64,000 nucleotides of DNA, taken from positions 82,473,988 to 82,537,987 of the forward strand of contig JAUZTB010000127.1 of NCBI GenBank assembly GCA_034780895.1, in the 5' to 3' direction. Positions within the stretch are counted from its first letter, which is position 1. Every line of letters begins with the position of its first letter. The translations under genes were made by a program, and so were the position numbers. Below the pieces are notes generated by a model. It searched no databases. It was not told the DNA's origin and saw only the letters and a list, made by a program, of their open reading frames with translations. This DNA comes from Rhynchobatus australiae (lineage: Eukaryota). This document shows, piece by piece, positions 38,994 to 51,240 of the stretch.

Positions 38994-41900
38994 CTTCAGC
39001 AGTCGTCACATGTATCTAGAAAAGTGAGAGGAAGCATTAATATTTTTACTTAATGGAATATATTATTACATGAAGTAATTCACATGGTCACTGAGGAAAC
39101 AATGTGAGTAAACATGACAAAGACTGAGAAAATAAAAGCAGAAAATTCCTCTTTGGTCACTTATCAGCCAATAACAACTTTAGGCTTTAACTGCCAATCT
39201 CTTGGTTCCTCTTCTTTCTACCCATAGTTCCTCCCTGCCCCACCTGTTCACTTCCAAAAAAAAAGCAACACAACTTTCACATATTCCAAAGCCTTCTAAG
39301 TATTTACATATCTTCCTCATAAATTGTCAAGACCAAGGGAGGGAAGTCAGATTGTGTTTGGAGTTGCTGGAGGAAGGACTGAGAGTAATAACAAAAAATT
39401 GTAATATGGCTTGATTTATATTTTTTTTTAATTTTTTTCTCTGACACCAACACCCCTGCTACTCTCATTCTCTTTCCCACTGAATAGATCATCTGTTTTG
39501 GTAACAATGTGAATGCCCCAACATCGGACCATATTACCATGCATGATATTGCAGGGATACCATAGGCACCTTACAGAAGGACATACAAATTTACTAACAT
39601 GCAAATCTTCAAGCAACCCTGTTTACAACACATCAATTTAATTTTTATTTTTAATTCTCAATNNNNNNNNNNCAAGGAACCAGGTTTTAAAAATCTCTAT
39701 ATTTGTACTTGGAACAGCCATATACCCTCCTGGTTCATTTTAAAACACATACGTGTTTTCTTGGGTCCTGTTGCAGTGTGAAGTACAATCACCCAATTGA
39801 ATCTTTCAAGTTTTATTTGGAGGGCAGACAAGAGAAAGGAGACATTTTAACATAATCCTTGTAATCTTTCCAGAAAAATTGGAAGAAATGTTCTAATAAC
39901 ATTTATGTACCTGCATCAGCAATTCTCCACCCAAATTCAGAATCATAATGAGAATATAATTTAAGACCTTGCCTTTTCTGATTTGCAAGTAAACACCAAG
40001 TGGGACGACATTGTTGTATCACTCTGAACCACAAACTCTGCTGATATCCAATTGTAGATAATAATGGCAGATAAAAGGGTAACTGAAAATCTCAGAAATA
40101 AAGCCTTAGGCAGACAGTGCGTGTTGATTTGATTTGTATACATTTCTGTCCATACTAGATTGAATGCTACAGGTCCAATTTAATTTTGTTTTGCCAAGAG
40201 GTATTGTGCATGAAGGGAAATGTCAGGGATTTGCTACTCTACAAATTTGGTTTGGTTAACCAGGGATTTGGTTATAACAATAACATCAATTTTTGTCACT
40301 GGTATCACCTAAATTAAACTCTAAAGAGCCATAAATAATCATAGATATATTCCAAAAGAAATCCTGAATAATTCCAAGGGAAAGGTGCCACCAAATACTA
40401 CTAAACCTTCAAACTCAGGTAAATGTAAATTCAGATATGTACCAGATGCACAACCTTTGGAAATACTACGAAAATATCTCCTTCTCATCACACTTTAAAG
40501 TGGGATATTGACTTGCAAAAAGTGGTATTGATGGAAGCAAACTATTTCAAAAGAGCAAATTAAACTCATAATTGTTTATTGTGTACTTGTGTATGGGCCT
40601 GTATCAGAAACACTCACATTGCACTGGCTGGAGCACATGCTAAGAATACTACTTGACCCTTGAGCAGTCCTTGAGGGATTTGCTTCCATTCCAGGTTTGT
40701 GGGCTTTGAGGTGGACAATAAGACCATTGTGGGAGCTACAGACCCCTCCACCGGTGGGGCAGGAGGAGCCTGATGGAGTGGCCAAGCAAATTGGTAATGT
40801 AGTGTGCTCCTTACCCACGAGTATATGGCCTTGAGCTTCTCAATACCATCCCCAGTGCTACTTTGAGTGGTCATAGATCAGACATTTCCAGAAGTCGTTG
40901 GGAATGTTGCATTTCTTCAAGAAGACTTCAAGCACAATCTTGAACATTTCCTTCTGTCAATCTGGTAATCTCTTTCCACGACAGAGCTTTAAATAATCAG
41001 CACAACACCAAAGCTATCTGCATATACCATTTTACTAGAATCTAATAACTTTTGGAATATGCAACCACATAGTTAAATAACTTAGATGATGCTGTCAGAA
41101 ATCTGCACTTTTACTGCTCAAGTCCTCACCATTAACTCTGAATTGAAATGACTAGAGAATTGCATGAACCTGCTGAAATTCCTTCAATTCCACATTAAAC
41201 ACAGTGGAAAAAGTTAAACTGATATATTCTTGTGAGAGCCTAAGGGTTTAAACAATGTTAACAGTAATGTTGAGCAACATCTTTGACTCTTAAAAATGAA
41301 TTTTATTAATGTTGAGTCAAGTTTTTCCAAATGATTAGAGTTGCAGTTTTAACAAAAAAAAATTTTTATTTGTGTACCCCTTCACTCTCCCAATCCTATC
41401 TGCAGTTCACAATCATTACTTTGCTTTCTGTGCAGTTTTTTTTAAAAAAAAGTAATTCATATTTTCTACTCCATAATTTCTGCTTTGGCCCCAAGTCTTG
41501 GTGAGGACTCTTCAATCCAATTGATTCAAGGTCCTTGCTGTTTGCCTTGCTCAAAGACACCATAGATTCTCCGTAGAAGCTGTAGGCTGGAAATGATGCT
41601 GGATTTGAGGAAATGTCTGCTGGCAAGCCCACAGAAACTCTGGGAGTAGCGAGGGCCATTATTTCATCAAAATCAGGGCCAACAACTGTCCTTCTACTAC
41701 TGGTTACTTCTTCAGCATGAGAACTACAGGATACAGTGAAAATGCCACCAGCCAGTTTCTGTGATGGGATGGAACCACAGAATTTTCACCTTCTGAAAAC
41801 TTTCCTATAATTGTGGACCTTCCTTCAAAGTCCTATTCAATACAGTTCATAAAATGGTCTTGTTACATTTAGAGTAGATTGATGAGCAGAATGACAATAA

Positions 41901-43899
41901 TGCACCAATTTCCTTCCCACATTTTAAACTTTCTAAAATAATAAACAATCTGCACATATTAGATCAACGCTCTCGGTGCCTGCTTACTTTTGATATTTCA
42001 AGCTCCCCTATGCATTCAGTTATCCCACTAACACCAGTTAGATATAAAGAGAACAGTTACAGATCCTCCCCAAGTTATGGCATGGTTCCATTCCTGTGAA
42101 CCGCTCATTACCCGAACAGTTTGCAAGTCAGCAATGTGGCCATGAATGGAGATCCCAGGTTCCAGAAGATGCTGGCAGCCACACAGCAGCCAGCAAATCC
42201 ATCCTACCAGTCTCCCAAACACTTGTATTCACAAGCTGTATACAAGCCGAGTCTTTGTAAGCTGGGGATGACCTTACAGCAAAATTCTTTAAGCATATTA
42301 ATTATTAAAAATAGTTCAGAAAGTGTCCTGAGTTAGATTCACATTATTTGTGGGTAGAGGGTAACTGGTGCATTTTAGCTACTTATCTACATTGATACAG
42401 TGACTGCACTTCAAAACAAAAAAAAAAATCAGGGCCTGAGAAGCACTTTAGGATATTTGAAGGACCACAAAGCACAGACACAGTTTCTTGCCCTTCCACA
42501 TAGTCTTTCATTCCTTCAGAAACTGGTCAAAGCTCACACAGCTGCACAACTGTTACATTAATCATCAAGTTTGGTCCAATACAAGAGTGATAAAATGTGT
42601 GTGAGTAAAAGCATGTGCTAAAATATCATACAAGTTCAGCCAAACAGCAGTATCTGTCTCATTGCTTTAAGCTCTATGCATTTAGCTCAATGCATCCTTT
42701 ACATTTTTTCCTCGAGTTCCTTCTTTTCCATTTAGGAGTGTGGTCTGAAATGGAAAAAAATGTTGTGTGATCACATCATAGTCACACAACAATGAAGTCC
42801 AACACATAGCAAAATCTTCTTTGGGAAAAATAACAGGGGAGTTCTGAAACAACACCAGCAAGNNNNNNNNNNNNNNNNNNNNNNNNNNNNNNNNNNNNNN
42901 NNTAAAAGGGATCAGAATATTATGCTCTTTCTCACTTTATCCTATTTTTCTGTTCTCCCAGTGCCAGCTCCAAATAAATACTGGATAACCCTCAGATGCT
43001 GTACTTTCTTGCACTGTTATTTATATGGAAAGGGGCTCCCTTACTTCCTGTGTGCCACTTCAAGCAAATGGCAAAAGATTCATCAGCATCCGCTAATGCA
43101 TCACTCCTCTGTGGAGTCAAGTTAAGAGAACGAATGTGTACATTTCTTTCCTCTCCAAATACAAAAAGCTTGTCAACATCCTCACAAAGACTGCAATCGT
43201 TCAGAGATTGACTTGTGCATTGTGCATTGGCAAACAATTGTTGAAAGGCATTTTTAAATAGGTCTGGCTATCAGACTCGCATCAATCTGTCAAATAGTCT
43301 TTATTAATACTATGATAATAAAAAATTAAAGAACTGGATTGATACCGTCTCGTAGGTAGTGCAGCAGCCAGAACGCATGCATGTGCAGCTGCAGACACAG
43401 CAGGCCTTTACACTGATAAGGGATTGGACACATTTCTCGTTGCAACTGAAACCTGGCTAATAAATTTTACCTAGTCTCCACTGTCAGACAAAGTAGCATT
43501 CAACATTAGAATGAGCATTTTTNNNNNNNNNNCACTGCTAACATCTGGTAGGCGTCTGCTTTGCATAAGAATGAAGCAATTTTTAAAAATATCGGTCGCC
43601 AGCTGAAATGTGTGGAAACTGGTTATGATTAATTTGCACGCTGACACTAATGGTTTCCAATAATCATTTCTACCTCCATTTATTTTCTTAAACTTTGGAA
43701 TTCAGTTTATGGTGTGGCTGATCCGCCTTTGTAAAAAAAATATAATGCTGCATTTTAGTAACCCCGGGGTGATTTATCGTAAGCCTTTCCCTTCGTTTCA
43801 GTGAGTAAAAGAAAATGATCATCACATACCCCACTGCACCCTGACAACTCCAGAAGTCAGGCAGATAAGGATTCTGGATCAAGTGTTCTGCAGCCATTC

Positions 43900-44190
43900 A
43901 CTTAAGCTTCTACAACAACACCTCCCATCAAGGCAGCAAACAAATGGGATTACCTGTAGGATCACCTCCAAGTCCATAACATCCTGCCTTGGAAATATAT
44001 CTCCATTTCTATGTTGTTGTTGGGTCCAAAATGTTTGAACTCGCTATTCAATATGGTTGTTGGAATAACTTTACCTCAAGGAATGCAGCAGTTCAAGCTG
44101 GCTCACTACCACTTTCTCAAGGCCAATTAAGGATGGGCAATTAATGTTAGCCTTGCCTCCGATACCTACATCCCAAACAAAAATGAATCA
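43900..44190 (+). mobile_element. Old LINE (L2/CR1-group) 3' fragment
   Basis: cctccaagtc...atcctgccttggaaatatatc...gcagcagttcaag...ttctcaagg..aattaaggatgggcaat...acatccc. Related remnants lie near 640-700 and 55300-55540. Confidence 0.6.
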
Positions 44191-44925
44191 AATGAAACAA
44201 AAACTGAATGAGTGCTTAGCGATTGAAAAGCAGTAATAGCATATTGAGCTGCAGGTTCAGCTTCAAGGAGTGCCAGATTCAGCAGCCACCAACATAGACA
44301 TTTCTCTGCCAATTACAAATTCAAATCGCAATTCAGTATTTCATTGAAACTGTTTTTACAGACAATACTTTTTAATAGAAGCACAGTGGTATCATGACTA
44401 CCAGCTTATGGGCATTTCCTGGGGGAAAATGGGAGAGAGGGGACCCTGCCTTTCCTAAAGGAATTGGAGATTAATTTTCCCCAAAAGTAAATTTTACTCC
44501 TTGTTGGGCCTAGGATTTTGGAATTGCTTGGTAACAATATCCAGGCCATTTGGAATGAGAGGTCTCCATGCTCATAGAACAACCGGCCTCCTATGGCCCA
44601 ACACATTTCATACCTTCTTAACATGACCCAGTATTTTTGGAGAAGGTGGTGGATTAACAATTCCAATGTTGCCTGGCATTCTAAATCAGCCACTTTCAGT
44701 GGTCCAATTCCATTGTCGCTCACTGCTTTGATCCAACACCACCAAAAAACGGTGCAAAGAACCCAAAGCTTGGTACAAGAACCCAAACAATTCTGCTGAT
44801 TGAGCTGCTGAATACTAAGCAACACTGAAAGAATGCACAGGTCAGATCCCACCAGGTGAAGAATTCAAGTGTTGACTAAGTGAAAGACAAGGGCAGGGAG
44901 AAAAATGAAAAAAAAGTTTATTTTA

Positions 44926-45212
44926 CAGCATTGGTAGTGTAGTGGTTAGTGTAACACTTTACAGCGCCAGCGACCCAAGTTCAATTCCAGCCACTGGTAA
45001 GGAGTTTGTACGTTCTCCCCGTGTCTGCGTGGGTTTCCTCTGGTTGTTCCAATTTCCTTCCACGTTCCAAAGACATGCAGGTTAGGAAGCTGTGGGCATG
45101 CTACATTAGTGCCAGAAGCATGGCAACACTTGCGGGCTGCCCCCAGAACACTGTACACAAAAGATGCATTTCACCGTGTTTCTCGATGTACACGTGACCA
45201 ATAAAGATATCT
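44926..45212 (+). mobile_element. tRNA-derived V-SINE (HE1-like), full length
   Basis: A-box-like tagtgtagtgg, B-box-like gttcaattcc, V-domain ggagtttgtacgttctccccgtgtctgcgtgggtttcctc, tail ending aataaagatatct. Confidence 0.9.
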
Positions 45213-45528
45213 TACTAAGTTGACTCAATGAGCAGTTCTTAAAACAATAAACTATAGCATTTTTTTTGCTATTAAACAAAAACTTCCTCTTCTGACTTTG
45301 CTGAGAACACCCTAAGAGGTTAATGTAGGATGTCAGTCTCTCAGGTCAGACCAGTAACATGTTGCAGAAATCAGACAGTACTTTCACATTTACTATATCA
45401 AATTGCAAATTTATGCTACAGGAAGCCAAGTCTTTCAATTCCCATTTTCCCACAAAGGTTACCACAATGCAACATATTGGTCAGATATTTCCAACTCAAA
45501 GCACTCGCAATAATAAGGAAACAGCAAT

Positions 45529-45812
45529 AGATATCTTTTAGTCATACGTACATCGGAACACACAGTGAAATACATCTTTGCGTAGAGTGTTCTGGGAGCA
45601 GCCCACAAGTGTTGCCATGCTTCCGGTGCCAACATAGCATGCCCACAACTTCCTAACCTGTACGTCTTTGGAATGTGGAAGGAAACCAGAGCACCAGAGG
45701 AAACCCACGCAGACATGGGGAGAACGTATAAACTCCTTACAGACAACAGCCGGAATTGAACCCAGGTCGCTGGCGCTATAAAGTGTTACACCAACCACTA
45801 CACTACAGTGCC
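45529..45812 (-). mobile_element. tRNA-derived V-SINE (HE1-like), full length, same subfamily as 44926-45212
   Basis: Aligns end to end with the reverse complement of 44926-45212. B box GGTTCAATTCC is intact. Confidence 0.9.
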
Positions 45813-47814
45813 TGACTAGTTTGATTAGTTTCTGGTTATTGGCTTATTGCATTATTTACAATGCTATCTATATCCAAGTAAAGACTTGTCCAGGCAGGTA
45901 GAGCACCAAATCAGGTCTGATCAGGAAGGGAATTTAGGTGAATACATTACTTGGCAGTAGTACAACTCTCAACGGTTGCTAAGGCAAATGGGCTCTCCTC
46001 TTTATACTGTAATGTCATTCATAAACCAGAAAATTGCACCGATTCTAAGCAAGAACTAGATCTAGCTGCAGATTTCTTTTTACAAAAGATGAAACCAGAA
46101 AAGTAAATCAATAATTATAATCACAAAGTGCATAACCTTGATTATAAATTAGTATACTTAGAGAAAAAAAAGATCTGATATTTATATAGCAATTAATAAT
46201 TAAACTCAATAAGCCTCAAGAAAAGCAGAAACAAAAAAAAATCCCTCCTCTAAAGAGGGAGATGTATATGGTATGGATATCATTACCAAGCAATTCCAAA
46301 ATCCCAGGCCCAAGGAGTAAAATTTACTTTGGGAAAATTAATCTCCAACTCCTTTAGGAAAGGCAAGGCTCCCTCCATCCCATTTCTCCCAGGAGATGCC
46401 CATGAACCAGTAGTCATGATACCACTGTGCTTCTATTAAAAAGTATTGTCTCTAAAGTGGGAGATAGCAGTATGAAGTCCAATATATAATCCTTTAAATA
46501 AACAACTAGCTCTTTTTAAAGTTTAAATGGGATTATGTTTAAGTGCAGGCACAGGTAATAAATTCTTTATAGTACACCAGCATTTGGACCTGATGAAGCA
46601 ATTAGACTCAGATTAGTACATACGAATCAGAACTCCACTGATTTAACTGCAAAACTCATAGATCCAGTTGAAATCCATTCCCAACCCGCACAAAGCTATT
46701 CCACAATGAAGTTGATATCAGATCCTTCCAGCACTCCCAAGATTATTGGTTTGCCTGCTTTTCATTTACATGTTGGGTCCAAAATGTCTCCAAGTTATAG
46801 CATCAGTTATGGAGTTGGACCAGGAATTCTGGTTTGAACAGGACCAATGATAACAGCATAAATTCTCCTTCACGTTTTTTTTTCCCTTCTCTCTCCCCAT
46901 CCTTAAGGCAGGCATCCAAGTTCACTCCCACTTAGCATTCAACCAACTGGGAATGGATAGGAAGTTAACTAGTTAACGAAGTGCAGCACTAAGACCAAAG
47001 TCACAGAATTGTAGACACTGCAATCATCAATGAACTGCTCGTCTACACCAAGTTGGACACAGCAGGATTAAATAACTTTCAAAGAATCAGATCATCTTTC
47101 AAGGAACTCCTTCCGATATTAAATTTAACCAGGAACACTTGTAATATTTGTTAAATTTTTACAAATCTGATAGCCTTCAAGCCAAAAAATGCTCACTTAT
47201 AATGGATGGAGTAGAAAGTAAACATAATAATATGCACAGAAAAGGCCTGAAAGCATTGTATATATGTCAAAGCACTGTAAATCCTATGTCTAAATAGGAA
47301 AATTGCTTGATTATAAAACCATAGCTCAAATTTCAGCCTACACTCTCTAGGCAAATATTACAGAGAGAACAGAAAAAGGATTAGTGCATTCCAATAAATT
47401 ACAACTATAACTACTTATCGGTACCTCTACATTGCATTTTCTACTTTGGTGTTCCTTTGCTGCTGACAATGGCAGCCATGACATTGGCCAAACGCATTTA
47501 TGCAATATCTAGCAGGAGTGCCATCTCTGGTTACATTGACAGCATCTTGGCAGGCAGTTTTCTAAAAGTCTTTTGAGAACTTCCATTCCACTGGCAACAA
47601 GAGTCATCTCCAATGATGCTATCTTCCTCCCATTCTCAATAAGCTTATTTGCCATTCAATATGTAGAGTTTCCTGGCAGAGGCAAAACTCCCACAATTTC
47701 TATTCAAACTCTTATTAAATTTTGCCCTCAGGAATCAGAATAGAGAATAAAATTCCCTACTACAGCCTAACACTTTCTTGTATCTCAGCCAATGCCTTGG
47801 GCAGATTTTCTTCA

Positions 47815-48065
47815 AATCCAAAATAAAAGCAGAAAAACTGGAAATACTCAACAGGTGAGTAAGCATCTGTGAAAAGGGGACAGATCTAAAATTTCAGCTT
47901 AAGTACCTTTTAGTTGAACTGGGAAGTTAGGAATGAAACTTCTCCCAGTTTGGATATAAGAATTTTGATGTGAAATGTTAACACTGTTTCCGTCATCACA
48001 AATGCTACGCAAGTATTATTCAACTGATGTTTCAGATTTCAATCATCTTCAGCATATGGCTTCTG
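47815..48065. mobile_element. Decayed inverted-pair PLE-tail derivative
   Basis: Same arm family as 15795-16525, with a short central spacer bounded by gaactggga and tcccagtt. Confidence 0.55.
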
Positions 48066-48379
48066 CTCTCACATATACAGCAAGTTATCTAATATTGTTA
48101 ACGCTAACAGGTTTTCCGCAAAGTTAGGGAGCAAGAAAAAAAGGTTTTGACCTGAATTAGAAACAGACACGCCAAAAAAGGAAAATGTAGAGGACTTAAC
48201 AACACGAAGTTCATTTGCATCTTATTTACATCTTCAAAGGTTTCATAGACAGAACAACATAAACTCAATTCTTGCTCAAGGAGAAGTTAAAGATGCGATA
48301 AAAATAGCCATGACTGAACTTCAAGTAAGATAGTGATGCTGTATAAGATGGTCACCCTGAATAAGTGTGTCATGCTAGA

Positions 48380-48501
48380 GAAATAAAGGACTGCAGATGC
48401 TGGAATATCTAGATGAAAAACACAATGATGCTGGAGGGACTCAGCAGGACAGGCAGCATCCATGGAGAAAAGCCGGCGGTCAACACTGAGTCAGGACCCT
48501 G
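48380..48501 (-). mobile_element. Short Penelope-like terminal repeat fragment
   Basis: Near-copy of ~1822-1946 (ggactgcagatgctggaa..tctagatgaaaaacacaatgatgctggagg..ctcagcagg..caggcagcatccatggagaaaa). It ends inside the hammerhead-like motif. Confidence 0.8.
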
Positions 48502-50589
48502 TTTCTAAAGTTTAAAAAAAAACTAATCTAAAACTTATAGTACAATAAAATGACTTGGAGTAGTGTTCATTTCCTTGCTTCCATTTCAAAAGACAAAATG
48601 CATAAGACAACTCATGCTGCTGAATCACGTGGTCAATAGTTTTGCATTAAATCAGGGCTTGGACAGGAAGTGAAGCTCGGTTCATTAAATGCAAGAGAGC
48701 ATGGAAGTGTCTCGTGCAGGACTAGATTTTGTATACTGGAAGCGTCTTCAACTGTTATCCTGTGGCTGTCAACTTTTACTTACAAGAATATAAAATTACC
48801 CCCATTATCAAAGGCCAATCCCCCACTGATTTAATACAGAAAAAATGGTTTAATTATTTGTGAATTAATGAATTTCTCTCACCCTGTGGAGTATGTCATC
48901 AGTCCACAATTACACATAAAATGTCTGCTTTGCAAATTCTGGGTTTGAGAGATATTTAAGATGAAACATGCTTGTGCAATATATATACATTAAAAAAATC
49001 ATGCTCGTCACTGTTAGTTGCACAGTGTAGTGGAAAGAGATCGATCAATAAAGGGTACTAGACTGGTAGATATTAATATTATTAGAATCTACCATTTAGA
49101 CCAGAGTTCAGATTGCAGGCCCAAGAAGTGGAGCAGTCTTCCCAATTCTGCTGAGGGGAGGGGGGCAGAACCTACCGGCAGACTACTGCACCTTATACTC
49201 CCAATGGAGCTCGTGAAATCTGCTAAGAATGTTCAGCAGTGCACACATTTCATCACCCCACAAAAGAGATTTTGAATCAGTGCTGTGAATGAAGATGGTT
49301 ACAGATCCAGTGCTGTTTAGATTATTGATCCAAGCATCATGGGGAGAAAAAAAAGACAATTCTACTGTTCAAAATAAAAATGTTTTATTACAAATTCTAC
49401 TGCACTGGAGCAGAGCCAGGGATGCTCAATTGACCTAATAGTCCACATCTCATATTAAGGTGGGGTATCCATTTATCAAAGGGATTGCTGAGAATGTTGT
49501 CTCTCACAAGAGGGGGGGGGGTCAGAACCTGGCTGGATCATGGTTGCTCTTTACCACACAGCCAGAGCTGCTCCTAATTGGTTGGGCTAACTTCCTTCTG
49601 CTAGCCTGTAGCGGTTATCACAGAAGCCCAAATAGGTCACCATGCCAGCTGTTCCCCATGTGGTGTTGCCACTGTGCTGATGCCTGCTATTCTCACACAT
49701 AACAGCCAATAAGCAGTAACCAAGGAACCAGGTCAAAAAGCCTTGTACTGTTTCATGACCAAAATGCACAGGATTTAGTGGGTCATGAGTATTCACATCA
49801 GAAACTCCTCAGTGACAGCATATTTACTTTACAGAAATGTAGCTAATTATATGTGGATGTTCAATCAGTTGATGTGGCTTGTGGTTGGTGCACTGGACAA
49901 TCCTGCAGTACATCATGATTAAATCCTCTAGCATTCGCCAGAGGGAAAATAAAAGGATTTAAACATGTATAGAACCCTGGTAAAGCAAGCAAAGACCAAA
50001 AGCAGCAAAGTGGTCCTTATCTGTGACAGGATAATGAACTCTGGAATACACCCACATAAAACCAGAAGTGAAGATGAGGGGAAAGGGAAGAGACTATTTT
50101 GTCCTGAACTGATGAAAGAATGAAAATAAACAATAGCATGCAAAAAAGTTACAGCCAGCTCTCATTCATTCCAATAATACTTCCCTGCTGTGTGATACAG
50201 TAAAATTCCATTTTCTGTGTGTGTGCTTGACTTATACATTTGGAAAATGGCATGCCACCAGATGTTTTAAATAATGGCTATTGAGCCCAATAAAACTAAC
50301 ACTTCTTGATCTGTCGTCAATAAGGAAGAGCTCCAGAACACCAACTCCATTCCTCAAACTGCCAAACAGTCTGAAACTGAATCAGACTATTCACAATTTT
50401 GTTGTAGTGTTTGACCTCAAGGTGAAACTCTGATCATATTTCCATTCCCTCATTAGGATTGCACACTTTTACAGCAATATAACCCTAAAAGATTCAACTC
50501 AATGTTGACAATAAGCTCATCTGTTACTTTATTACTGCAAACTTGATCACTCCCACACAACCCTGGCCATCTCTTTAGTTTCAGTCACC

Positions 50590-51070
50590 TTCAACATGAG
50601 GTCATGAAACCTTGCCACCCAGAGATTAATTTGCACAAACCCTGTTCATCCATCTTGCACAAACCCTGTTTATCCATCACCCCTGTGCATACAGACTTGC
50701 ATTGGCTCCCAATTAAACAATTTCAGAATTCTCATCTTTGTTTGCACATCGTTTTTTGGTAATCTCCTCAGGTTCCATAACCTTTAAGATATCACACTTC
50801 CACTCCTGGCCTCCCAAGTGTTATCAAATTGAATCCCTCCACAATTGGCAGCTGTGCTTTTGATTGCAAAAGCCCACTGGTTTAGATGCTATACTCGAAA
50901 CCTCTCTGCCTCTCCACCTTGCATTAGTGTTTTAAGATGTTCTTTAAACCCTTCCTGTCTGACCAAGCTCTTGTTCATCTGCCTCATTCTCTTCTATGTG
51001 CTCAGCACCAATCTTTGACAAATCTCCTGTGAAGTACCTTGGACTTTTTACAACTTTAAAAGGTAAAGTT
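50590..51070 (+). mobile_element. L2-clade LINE 3' remnant
   Basis: catcacccctgtgc...ttgcattggctccca encodes the L2-type ITPV...LHWLP motif. A related remnant lies at ~9590-9900. Contains a 24-bp tandem duplication at ~50631-50678. Confidence 0.6.
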
Positions 51071-51079
51071 GTTGGGTCT

Positions 51080-51240
51080 TGCAATGCTGGAGGTGTCATC
51101 CTTCAAATAAGACAGTGAACCAAGAGCCTACATGCTTTCAGGGGGACATAAAAGGTCTCACAGCAATATTCTGAAAAAAAGAGGGGGTGATATCCCTAGT
51201 GTCCTGGCTTTAATCAACATATCTGGCTCTTGTCACAATA
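51080..51240 (+). mobile_element. Deu-SINE (SacSINE1/AmnSINE1-like) core fragment
   Basis: ggaggtgtcatccttcaaataagac..tgaaccaagagcc...ggacataaaaggtctca..gcaatattc...gaggggg...tagtgtcctggc resembles the recalled Deu-domain consensus. Confidence 0.6.

Larger units (their letters stand above)
44359..46452. repeat. Long inverted repeat (arms 44359-44543 and 46274-46452) flanked by TA; putative Tc1/mariner-type fossil
   Basis: The arms align by eye over ~185 bp, and 44360-44401 is a perfect 42-bp reverse complement of 46410-46451. TA lies immediately outside both ends (44357-58 and 46453-54). Confidence 0.85.

Noticed and set aside
44406-44852. 148-aa minus-strand ORF inside the inverted-repeat element, as a possible transposase
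   Set aside because: No DDE/D or HTH-like motifs recognised, it runs into the arm itself, and it is too short.
44931-44995. tRNA-like sequence with A and B boxes
   Set aside because: It is a SINE head continuous with the V-domain, with no complete cloverleaf.
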